Shown piece after piece: positions 53,196-62,960 of a stretch of DNA of 63,918 nt. Numbering within the stretch: position 1 is the stretch's first letter; each line of letters opens with the position of its first letter. Location of the stretch: positions 6,392,616 through 6,456,533 of the forward strand of contig NC_068991.1 in the NCBI RefSeq assembly GCF_001194135.2. The letters run 5' to 3'. The DNA is from Octopus bimaculoides. Lineage: Eukaryota. The position numbers and the translations under genes are program-made. The notes below the pieces were generated by a model. The model saw nothing but the letters and a program-made list of their open reading frames with translations. It did no database searches and had not been told where the DNA came from.

Positions 53196-56100
53196 TACAT
53201 ACATACAAAGTAATGCTTTGATATATGAGTTAACTTGTTCCCAGAGACAACTCGTAAAGCAAAACCTCATAAAGCAAAGCAATAATTTCCCATAGTAGCA
53301 ATGTTATAAATCATAATTTGTTCCCAGAAAAGTATTCTACCCTGTAAAATTTATAACACTCGTAAATAAATGGCAATAAAACACCAGTAGAATGTAAAGA
53401 ATACTTTATGTAAAGTAAAAAGAATGTCAAGATCATTTATAATAAAAAATATTATTATTATAATCATTTTCTGAGTCACTTTCACTCACACTAGACTCGC
53501 ACACACCATCACTTGTAGATGTGATCACCAATTCACAAGAACTTGTAGATGGACTTGCAGATTTCTTTTTAAAAAACAAGTCTAAAGTTGTTTGCTTAGA
53601 ATAAAGCCTTTTTTCACTCTCTATAAATTTCTTGGTAACACACCGAAGCATTTGTTGTGGTGGTAGAAACTTTTGCACTTCATTCAAAATTTGGATCTTT
53701 ATATTTATTTTAAAATAAAACTTGTAAACCTGGGATCTCGTAAAGGGGCTCCTTGCAAAGTGAGGTATTACTGTATGAGATTGTGCTATTGTGTTTGTTC
53801 CACCTCTGCTTGACAACTGGTGTTGGTTTGTTTATGGCTCTGTAACTTAGCAGTTTGGCAAAAGAGGCCAATAGCATAAGTACTGGAGTTGATCTGTTTA
53901 ACTAAGCTCTTCATGGTGGTGCTCCAGTATGGCTGCAGTCCAATGACAGAAAGAAGAGAAAGATAATATACTTTCCCAAACAAACTTAGGTTACATCTGT
54001 CTGATGATCTATGCTCACATCACAAATATATTTATAACTGATACAGCTGTACTTGTGCTAGCTTAATTTTGTAGTCTTTCAGCTATACAGGCGTTGTTTT
54101 AGAATACTAAAATGCAGTTAGTTGAAGCAAACCATTTTATGATAATGTAAATTGAAAGAGAGCGGAACCAAGTGCCTTTATTTCAAACAGTCTGTTTGAT
54201 TAGATATCTTTGACATTGTCACAATTTTGTATAATCAATCAATCACTCATAAATTGTGGATGATTTATTATTGTAGCTGTGTCTTATTCAGTATTTCCAG
54301 CACTGAATTAATTTGCAACTTGGTTACACTCCATTACAATAAAGTGTTGCTGACTCAGGAATTATACTAACTGTACTTAACACTCTGAAAGAAATCTTCC
54401 AGGTTTAAGGAAACCAAGAAACTGATTTAATATCTTGCTAAACTTTTCCTCAGCCTTGTTTTGATTCAGTGGCTTGAACTCAGTTATTTTGGTATCCTAT
54501 CTAAATTAATAACAGACTGTTCAGCCTTTTTTGCATGACAGCATTTCTTCATAACATATTTTATATTTATTCATTTGTTGTTGTTGTTTTGGCTTTTTAA
54601 TCATACCTGTGCACTGTATTTATTTGGCAACCACCCACGTATCTTCAGGGACATCTCTCTACAACCAATTTATTTGCTTTAGTAGTATTTTCTTTGAACA
54701 GATGGTCTGTTCAGTTAAGATATCTACAAGAAGACTCTCTGCTGTAATGTCATTCTACTGCAACATTCGTGGAGTGTATGATCTTGTGTGCTTGTTATTT
54801 TTATCATCAATTTTCTTACTTTGATTAGTGCCAGAACACTTTCAACATAATACCCATCTTGTAGCCAGATATGCCAGACTATTTAGATACACTACTACTT
54901 ACTACTAATTCTAATTTTTAGTAATTATTATTCTCCTTTCTATTAATAGTAGCCTACTTTCCAGCCAACTCGAAGTAAATTTAATAGATGCATTTATTAG
55001 TTTTGTCCATTAACAGCTCAGACCTTTTTTTCTTTTCGACATTGAGAATGTAGTCTTTGTATTAAATTAAGATTACTTCTTTTTATATCACTTGCTGATC
55101 AAAGAATGCCTTTGTGCATTTCATAACCTGCAAGCTCTCTCTTGTTTCCAAAATCATAACCAGTCCTCTTTGTCTCTTACCAAGAGAATTTTCTACTAGA
55201 TTTTCAAGTTCATCCCATTCGCCACACCTTAACGTGCTCTGTACTAGCTTGATATCATTTCGCAAGGAATAATGTGAAATATCTAAAGAGTAAATCAAAT
55301 TTTTTGTGCCAAATTACCATTTCCTCTCTACTGAAGTAGAACTTCTTGTTTCAGAACCTAACCTGCTCAATCATACAGCTCACAGTGTGAGCAAAAAAGG
55401 TATTCGGAAGCGAGATTTGAACGATGTTGAACTCCGTGAGATATTGGCCGAACTTCTTCCGCATATACGAATGGATCATGTGATACCTTACAACAGTGAA
55501 ATCCTAAATAGTGCAATAAAACGAGGACTTGTGAGTACACCTCCATCACATATGATTGCAGATGAAGGCGGTAACCACCGTGTTGGAGCATGGATCAGAG
55601 CCAAGAACAGTGGAATGTATGTCAAGCCTCGACTCTTTACTCCATATTACGAAGAAACAAAGGTAATATTCTCTTTTAATAATTTAACCAGGTTAATCTT
55701 TAGTCATTTGTATTATCAATGATGTTAAGTCACAACTAAAGAATTTACTTTTTATTTCTTGCACTTAAATAATTGCAATTGTTTTATGTTTAATTTTCTA
55801 GGGTGAATATGGTGAAGAAAGAGAAACAATGTCAATATTTTTTAGTTGTTTTTCAGTAGAAAAATATATTTTGAATAGTTTAGTAATGGCACATGGCTCA
55901 GTAGTTAGAGCGTTGAGCTCCCAATCATGAGGTAGTGAGTTTGATTCCCAGACCAGGCTTTGTGTTGTGTTCTTGAGCAAGACACTTTATCTCACATTGC
56001 TCCAGTTCACTCAGCTGTAGAAATGAGCTGTGATGTCACAGGTGCCAAGCTGTATCAGCCTTTGCCTTTCCCTTGGATAACCTCAGTGGTGTGAAGAGGG

Positions 56101-59100
56101 GAGGCTGGTATGCATGAACGACTGCTGGTCTTTCATAAATAACCTCACCTGCACTTGTGTCTTGTGTCTTTCCTCCACACCATAGACCTTACCTTCTTCA
56201 TACATTATATCTGCCTCTCTCTCTTTCTCACCTACCCCTGCCAGCTACCCAACAACATGTCATCTCTCCCCCTCCTCTCTCTCTCTTTCCCTGCCTCCCC
56301 ACCTCTCTCCCCCCTGCCCCCCTCTCTGTCTCTCTCATCTCCCTGTTTACTCTATCATCATTATTATTCTGCTGGTGCCGCACCATCAGACATCCCCTAC
56401 TCACTCCTGGCTCCAGGCTCCACTGCCTCACTCATTCCTACACACCTCTTACGCAAGAGGTCCACCCTGATACCTTATCACCACTATTTTTATCCCTTTC
56501 CATCTTCCCCTAATCACTCCCACTCTCTCTTCTAAACTGTGAGTAGTCATCTAACTCCTCCACAGCAAGAAACCTGTTCTGTTCTGGCCCTTTTCTCTCA
56601 TACTTTACCCGTCTCTGCATCTCATTTCCTAACATAAAGTTACTCCCTTGGGGTTCACAGTTATGGTGACCTAACTACTGCTGGCAGCATTAATAAAACA
56701 CCCAATACACACTCTAAAGTGGTTGGTTTTAGGAGGAGCATCCAGCCTTAGAAACAATGTCAAAGCAGACACTGGAACCTGATGCATTCCTTGAGCCCAT
56801 CGAATCCTGTCAAACGGCCCAAACCATTCCACTGAAGAATATCTTTTTATTGGAGTGGGGTAAAAAAAAAAAAGATAACACCAATTAGAATATGTCTGAA
56901 TTTTTCTGTTTGTTTCTAAATGTTAATTTTTAGACAATCTTTTGAATTAAAATTATGTTGGTATTTTAGAGTATGCTTGAAGAGCTGCTAGGACAAGTAC
57001 AAGAAAATGACCTGGTAAATGTGCGTATGATACACATGTCGTCCATTCCCGATACTCTTTACATGGTTGAAGACCGTCAGTATGCTGTACCTTCAGTTGC
57101 CTATTTGGCACCAACCTCCACCGTAGATGTCATAGCTGGTACTATACCTGGTAGGTGAATTAATAATTAAAATCTCTGCTAATTTATATGATTATTATGT
57201 TTTCTCAGTTAAGGCAGCAAGCTGGCTGAATTGGTAGCGTGTTAAACAAAATGCTTACAAACATTCTGAGTTCAAATTCTGCTAAAGTTAGCTTGAAAGT
57301 TCATCCTTTTGGGATCAATAAGATAAGTTGAGTGCAAGGGTCGATGTTATTGGCTTACTCCTTACCCCTTGCCCCTAAAAGAAATTGCTGGTCTTATGCC
57401 AAATTTTGAAGCCATTATGTTTCAAAGTTAATATGTATCTGCATTCTTACATTTTTTAATGCAATTATTAAATTTCCCATTAAAATCAACAAAGATACTT
57501 TTAGAAAATCCAAATTTGGTTTGATGCTAAATTCCAGTATTTTCATTATAATTATTCTCCTTCAGAATTGATTGACAAGTGCTTCAATACTGTAATTATT
57601 TCATATATATATATATCTAATTGAATTTGTTTTACAGTTCCTGATAGGAATACATTAATCATGATGCTTCACCGTGAGCAGGAATTACAAAGAACCAAGC
57701 TGATTCAAAAAGCTTATTCCCTCCCGTACACAGACAAACGTGCAGTGACATATCAAATAAAATTGCGGGTTGTGAGAGAATTTGGTTTGCCTGACTCAGC
57801 TGTTGAAATCTTGCAGAACAGCCAGTATTACTATCCTGAAGAATCCCTATATGTTGAACGGCAATATCAAGTCAATACTTCTTCCACCTCTTCACCAAGC
57901 CGGCACAAGCATAGTCCAGGTACACCTGTACCACCACCAGCTCGACCTTATAGCCCTGTAGAAGTGAACTCTCCACCGGTGACGAAACTAGATTGTGTTG
58001 CTCATTGTACAACTCAGTCTAATATCCGACACAATCCTTCCACCCCGCTGCCATCTCCCACCAGGTGCTACAGTCCTGTGCAGGTAAATGCTATGAAACT
58101 CAAATTGTTTTTCAGTTAATGTTTTTTGTTGCCATTTTGAAGTACATCCACTCAAAATTCCATTCTGACTGCTTTTGTATACCAATCTATCTTTTGTTGA
58201 GGAACGCCATGTTTGTATTTTTTGTTGAGATGTCAAAGTGAAAAATTGTCTTTGTGTGTTTTATGAATAGACATTATTGAAATCTTGCGCAGGAACAGGA
58301 GTGGCTGTGTGGTAAGTAGCTTGCTTACCAGCCACATGCTCCCGGGTTCAGTCCCACTGCGTGGCACCTTGGGCAAGTGTCTTTTACTATATAGCCTCGG
58401 GCCGACCAAAGCCTTGTGAGTGGATATGGTAGACGGAAACTGAAAGAAACCCGTCGTATATGTATGTATGTGTGTNNNNNNNNNNNNNNNNNNNNNNNNN
58501 NNNNNNNNNNNNNNNNNNNNNNNNNNNNNNNNNNNNNNNNNNNNNNNNNNNNNNNNNNNNNNNNNNNNNNNNNNNNNNNNNNNNNNNNNNNNNNNNNNNN
58601 NNNNNNNNNNNCCGTAACCTAGTGGTTCGGCAAAAGAGACCGATAGAATAAGTACTCGGCTTAAAAAGAATAAGCTCTGTGGTCGATTTGCTTGACTATA
58701 AAGGCGGTGCTTCAGCATGGCCGCAGTCAAATGACTGAAACAAGTAAAAGAGTAAGGTCCCTTGTATAGGTTGTTGAAAATAGGGTTAGGAATGATCAGT
58801 AAAATGATCAAGATTTATGTGACAATATGAAATGCTAATGAATCCAAGAAAAAACCTGAAAACTTATGCTTATACAGAGTTTAACAAGAGAAACTTGGAT
58901 TGGTGAGGTTTAGAAATACCTGTAAAAGGTTTAGATCTGGTTCTCAACCATTTTTTACTATGGACCCCTTTGATTACTATTCTGGTGGACCCCCATAGCC
59001 TCTCAATGTTTTTAAATGAATTTTATAGATACCAGTGCAGTGAGCTGGCAGAAACATTAGCATGCTGGGCGAAATGCTTAGCGGTATGGCTGTGTGGTTA

Positions 59101-60257
59101 GGGAACTTGCTTTGCAGCTATGTGCTTTTGGGTTCAATCCCACTGTGCAGAACCTTCGACAAGTGTCTTCTATTATGATCCTCGGCTGACTAATACCTTG
59201 TGGATAAATATGGTAGATGAAGACCATGCAGAAGCCCATCATGTGTGTGTATGTATGCAAGTACATATGTATTGAAGTATATGTGTGTCTATGTAAGTAT
59301 ATGTGTATAAGTATGTGAATATGTATGTGTCTTTGTTTTTGTCTCGTGCCACCTCTTGACAACCAGTGCTGTTTTGTTTATGTCTTTGTAACTTAGAGAT
59401 TGATATAAATAAGTACCAGACTTACAAATAAGTACTGGGGTCAATTTGTTTGACTAAAACCTTTCAAGGTGGTGCCACAGCATGGCCATAGTCCCAATGA
59501 TTGAAATAAATAAAAGAAGAAAAAAAGAGGATAAGTTACTGAACAAAATCAGGCACGGACAGCCTTGTTTCAAGCAGCAAGTTGCACGAGACTTGGCTCA
59601 CCATCAGGTGGGCTGCACTACTGAAAATATTCAAAGTAAATTTTCATTAGGCATAGCACTTAGGGAGTCCTGTGGGCTACAGTTTGCCCTTGACTGCTCT
59701 AAATTATACACAAGATTGTTATCTAAGTTTTAACTTATGTAAACAAAATAAGTGAAGTGAAACAATGTTTAATTATGAACAAAGTTTTAACACATTTCTT
59801 TCAATATGATTTCATATGGAGAATGAAGTACTCTGCTAGACTTCCTTGTTCTTGACACACTACATGAAGACATTCTTCAATGATGAAGTCATTAAGGTTT
59901 ACAACATGTTTACATTCTCATCTTTATTAATCGTAGAATTTTCTTTTACAAACTGTTGTTTAAATTCTTTTGATAAGTTTACAAAAGAATTTGTTTTTTT
60001 GTAGATTTTTATGTTGAAGTAGTCAAATTGCATTTCTCTTGCAAAATAGTGTGTTTTGACTTTGCATTTTATGGAGTTTTATTCCTTTTCTGTTTTTTGT
60101 TTGTTGCTTTAACCCTTTAGCATTCAGATTACTCTGTCAAATATAATGTTTTTTGCCTTCTGACTACATGACTCTGGGTTCAGTCCCACTGCATGGCACC
60201 TGGAACAAGTGTCTTCTATTATAGCCTCGGGTAGACGGAAACTGAAATTAAACCATA

Positions 60258-60337
<80 letters not shown>

Positions 60338-60376
60338 GTATGTGTGTGTATATGTATGTGTGTATGTGTGTGTGTG

Positions 60377-60413
<37 letters not shown>

Positions 60414-61742
60414 ATGATGATATATATATTTATTTGTTCCCCAGCAACACTTGAAAACTGGTGTTAGTGTGTTTACATCCCTGATAGCAGTTCAGCAAAC
60501 GAGGCCTATAGAACAAGTACCAGGCTTTGCAAAAGAAAAAATAAGTCCTGGGATTGATTTGTTTAACTAAAATTCTCCAAGGCAGTGCTCCAGCATGGCC
60601 ACAGTCAAACGACTGAAACAAGTAAAAGATAAAAGATAAATTAATCATGCATCATCACTTAGGTTTGAGATTTCAGTGATGTTGTTGTTTACTTTAAGAA
60701 TGACATTGTAGGGTAGGAGTGAGAAGCCAGATCTGGCCAGTTTGAACATAAAACAGAATATTTGGGCCTTATATGGCCAGTTTAAATACTAAAGGGTTAA
60801 AGTTTCTTTTACTTTTTCCTTACTAGTTGATAAAATGGCAGAGCTTCTCATGTGTGCTCCCTGCTGACTTTGTGGCCTCATAACTTCCAGGAAAATGGAT
60901 ATTTTTTTAATGAAAGTTTCTATAAATACATTTCAGATGGTGTACATTCTGATAATATTGAAATGTGAAGTGGGGAATTTTGGAAAATTCGCATAAGATG
61001 GCTTTGTTTATTAATAACTTTGAGAAAAATGGGTAATATTTTATGAAATTTTATATAAATACCTTTCAGAATGTGTAGATTACAATTATATTGGAATTTA
61101 GTGTGAAAAACAAAAATTTGATGGGCTCATATACATGCATATTGACACACATCACATATATCTACAAATGAAACTTGAAATTTTGAAAGAAATCGTGATG
61201 TGTGTCAGTGTGTATGTCTGCATGCTTACTATGTTTCTTTTCATATCAAATTTCAATGTAATCGTAATTTACTATGAAAAGTATTTGTAGAAAATTTCAT
61301 AAAAAAATACTCATTTTTCTGAAAGTTATGAGGAAAGAAAGCCAACTCGTGTGAGTTTACCAAAGCTCCTCTTCCCACCCATAGAACAACAAATTCCAAT
61401 ATAATCAGAATGTACACCGTCTGAAGAGTATTTATAGAAAATTTCATTAAAAAATATTCATTTTTCTGGAAGTTATGAGGAAATAAAATTGATGGGGGCA
61501 CATGTGTGTAGGTATTCCACTAAAACACTCACACGACTCAATTTAATCTCCATTTTCATTGCTGATTTTCTTATATTTTTCTTTAGAACGAACCAAATAC
61601 CTGTGGAGAGAATGCACTTAGTGAAGTGATGCCTGATATTGCTATGGCGACTGCCTCATTGGATCAGATGCACATGCATGAGACTGATTTAGATTTGGAC
61701 ATTGTTTCTGATGGCATTCATCATGGAACACTATATGTATGA
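35029..61742 (+). CDS. BTBD7: BTB/POZ domain-containing protein 7 orthologue; 5'-partial spliced CDS join(<35029..35513,45069..45277,52192..52267,55355..55662,56970..57150,57638..58083,61587..61742)
   Basis: Translated exons match BTBD7 motifs I recognise: [40 protein letters not shown]|[42 protein letters not shown]...RDL, RGL.STPPS.M, G.YV.PRLF.PY.EE.K, PDTLYMV, LRV.REFGL.D.A.E.LQN and MPDIA. All junctions are GT-AG and phase-compatible (1,0,1,0,1,0). Confidence 0.96.
35695..35925 (+). mobile_element. SINE family B (representative); further copies at about 17847-18042 and 57212-57410
   Basis: ggcagcgagctggcagaattgttagcacg..gagttcaaattccgccgaggtcgactttgcc..catccttt.gggg...aagtaccggttacgcactggggtcga. 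Confidence 0.85.
39160..39378. mobile_element. piggyBac-type MITE, uninterrupted (219 bp), TTGA target duplication
   Basis: TTGA-CCCTTTAGCATT...AATGCTAAACGG-TTGA; CCC/GGG-type termini. Confidence 0.85.
41580..41765. mobile_element. Palindromic MITE-like repeat fragment
   Basis: 31-bp inverted arms at 41668-41698 (taaatttaatttgccaaaatattttcgtcgc) and 41735-41765, with 3 mismatches, around a 36-bp spacer. Confidence 0.65.
45069..45277 (+). CDS. BTBD7: BTBD7 coding exon (209 nt), BACK domain start
   Basis: ttttcag|GT TGT GAA GAT...GAC TTC TTA CAG|gtaaag; reads (G)[42 protein letters not shown]...SDFLQ. Confidence 0.97.
45708..46165 (-). mobile_element. 3' fragment of a maT/DD37D-like Tc1/mariner transposase gene with terminal repeat
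   Basis: Minus strand reads [64 protein letters not shown]. Terminus TA-CAGGGTGCGTAAG. Confidence 0.85.
50982..51045. repeat. (TA)n microsatellite (representative; also 1-60, 1109-1187, 3489-3531, 34171-34214, 60273-60330, 62917-62958)
   Basis: Directly visible dinucleotide runs. (CA)n at 17642-17695, 32766-32826 and 53131-53190; (GA)n at 13239-13281. Confidence 0.97.
52095..52123. mobile_element. Isolated Tigger TIR remnant
   Basis: TA-CAGTAATCCCTTGCTATATCACGGTTCAC, about 70 nt upstream of the 52192 acceptor. Confidence 0.55.
52192..52267 (+). CDS. BTBD7: BTBD7 coding exon (76 nt)
   Basis: tatttcag|GCT GGC GAA...GAA CGA G|gtaagt; reads [25 protein letters not shown](E). Not present in the supplied ORF track. 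Confidence 0.95.
52843..53120 (+). mobile_element. Helitron/HINE-like non-autonomous unit, apparently tandem (253-bp period), running into a gap
   Basis: actagaacc(a/t)tccctga(t/g)taatgaa occurs at 52843 and 53096. Contains a catgccaaattt..gatccagcggtttgacc motif and the GC hairpin gggggc-gca-gccccc (53045-53059). Confidence 0.55.
53206..53773 (-). mobile_element. Internally deleted Tigger (pogo) element with a transposase C-terminal remnant
   Basis: Termini TA-CAAAGTAATGCTTTGATATATGAG and GAGGTATTACTG-TA. Minus strand reads [18 protein letters not shown], the Tigger-type QTTLxxFF C-terminal motif. Confidence 0.85.
55355..55662 (+). CDS. BTBD7: BTBD7 coding exon (308 nt)
   Basis: ttgtttcag|AA CCT AAC...GAA ACA AAG|gtaata; reads (E)[21 protein letters not shown]...[14 protein letters not shown]. 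Confidence 0.97.
55887..56150 (+). mobile_element. tRNA-derived SINE family D; related copies at about 39985(+), 22150(-), 30990(-)
   Basis: ggcacatggctcagtagttagagcg..gagtttgattccc head followed by gtgttcttgagcaagacactttat.tcac.ttgctccagttcactcagctg. Confidence 0.8.
56970..57150 (+). CDS. BTBD7: BTBD7 coding exon (181 nt)
   Basis: tattttag|AGT ATG CTT...ATA CCT G|gtaggt; reads [33 protein letters not shown]...GTIP(V). Phase 1 is required by the next exon. Confidence 0.93.
57638..58083 (+). CDS. BTBD7: BTBD7 coding exon (446 nt), conserved part followed by a Ser/Pro-rich tail
   Basis: ttttacag|TT CCT GAT AGG...CCT GTG CAG|gtaaat; reads (V)[18 protein letters not shown]...[22 protein letters not shown]...YSPVQ. 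Confidence 0.93.
58291..58755 (+). mobile_element. tRNA-derived SINE family A, young copy split by an N-gap
   Basis: Same structure as 20801, with CpGs retained. More than 20 further full or partial copies lie on + (e.g. 3880, 10400, 20190, 38065, 43150, 59085) and on - (7200, 17040, 28850, 32550, 37300, 46170). Confidence 0.9.
58937..59000. mobile_element. hAT (Charlie-like) terminal fragment
   Basis: ctggttctcaaccattttttactatggacccc...ggtggaccccc resembles CAGTGGTTCTCAAC-type ends. Confidence 0.5.
60113..60796. mobile_element. piggyBac-type MITE with a family A SINE inserted
   Basis: TTAA-CCCTTTAGCATT...AATACTAAAGGG-TTAA. The SINE with a (TA)n/(TG)n core occupies about 60155-60640. Confidence 0.85.
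60850..61505. mobile_element. Foldback-type element with modular long inverted arms
   Basis: Two roughly 135-150-bp subrepeats on the left (cctcataacttcc..) mirror two on the right (..ggaagttatgagg). A central 13-bp perfect IR lies at 61143-61155 / 61195-61207. Confidence 0.8.
61587..61742 (+). CDS. BTBD7: BTBD7 terminal coding exon
   Basis: tttttctttag|AAC GAA CCA; reads [51 protein letters not shown]. The MPDIA motif resembles the BTBD7 C-terminal motif. Not in the ORF track. Confidence 0.88.
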   Translation, partial: NEPNTCGENALSEVMPDIAMATASLDQMHMHETDLDLDIVSDGIHHGTLYV

Positions 61743-62595
61743 GACGTTTCCCCGTATCCCTTCCCCGACCAAGGACACTCTTCAACTTGTTGATCCTTCT
61801 TAAACTGCTGCTGCTGCTGCTGTTGCCGTTGATTTGCTGCTGTCACCTGTGCCATGTAAATCGCACAGAACAAACTAGCCTATTGCCGCTCCACAAAACA
61901 CAATGGCTTGGTGCTGGTGCCGAAGAGAATGGCTTGTCACAACAGAAGAGATTAAGCCTGTTAGTAACATAGGACTGTTGCAGTTGCAGAGCTGATGCAG
62001 AATAGCAAATAACCCGTGGAATTATTGTACTTACTGCATTAAGACTTGTTGATGGCTGTTGCCAAAAGCATTGGATTTTCAAATTTACAGCTTACAAGAC
62101 CTCTCATGTTTGATAAATCTTTTGAAGCTAATTGAGTTTATAGTCTTTCCACAGCCATTTCATTACTGACTTGAAAGCATGTCAACTGTCTATTTATTAT
62201 TTATTTATCATATTTATTGACTTATTTTGAATAATTTCCACCTTTTGCTGTTTTATTTATTTTTTTTTTTATCATTTTGTTTTAAAAGTTGATTTTTTTT
62301 TTTTCCATCTCCATCATTTCATTTTTGCATTTTAATTTGGTTGCCGAATTTCGTAAGTCTTAAGTCATTCGTCATATAAAACGTCCTACAATGAAGTAAC
62401 TTTATCTCCAACAATATGATGCCTTTGCTAAAATCTTATTTTGCAGTTTTGTTTGAGAACACAAAACCCTTTTGATAAAACCAAACCCCTGCAAATAACA
62501 CAGCTACTTAAGGAGTATCTCAGTATCTCAACAAAGACTGTTGTCAATAGAACATTTAGTTGAAAATGTGGAACATTATTTATTTACCGAATAAA
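61743..62595 (+). other. Probable BTBD7 3' UTR up to a candidate AATAAA at 62590-62595; true end unknown
   Basis: Unique, transposon-free sequence follows the stop codon. AATAAA lies at 62590, with further A(A/T)TAAA hexamers downstream. Confidence 0.45.
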
Positions 62596-62913
62596 TATTT
62601 TCTAGAGTCATTTTCATAAATTTATAAGTTGTAAAGTTTTCTGCTCACTGCATAAACTATATATTGATGTTTTTAAATTTTTTTTTTTCATCAGCAGCTA
62701 GAAAGGGATAACAAAATACAAGCTTTAGTATAACTTTAAATTTAAGTTAAGGAAACGTAGAATTCTGAATCTGTTTTTCTCTTTTGTCTCATCACCTAAT
62801 GTGTACAGTAACGACACGCTTAATCTGTTGTGTAAGCTTTCCTATCAATAATTACTGTTTAGGTATTTATTAAACCATTAACTCAGTATATATTTGCTTC
62901 TAGTCATCCCTAC

Positions 62914-62960
<47 letters not shown>

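Noticed and set aside
55887-55960. tRNA-like sequence (also the heads of family A copies)
   Set aside because: It has box A/B but no complete cloverleaf and continues into a SINE body.
56155-56535. Pro/Ser/Leu-rich ORFs of 118-126 aa (also 42001-42378)
   Set aside because: Low-complexity pyrimidine tract of a repeat.
59482-59733. 83-aa coding-looking ORF in the last intron
   Set aside because: It starts inside a SINE tail, lacks a polypyrimidine acceptor and has no frame-compatible splice pair.
61805-61826. (CTG)n giving poly-Ala in one frame, reminiscent of the human BTBD7 Ala run
   Set aside because: It lies after the stop codon and on the wrong side of the MPDIA motif, so it is probably coincidental.
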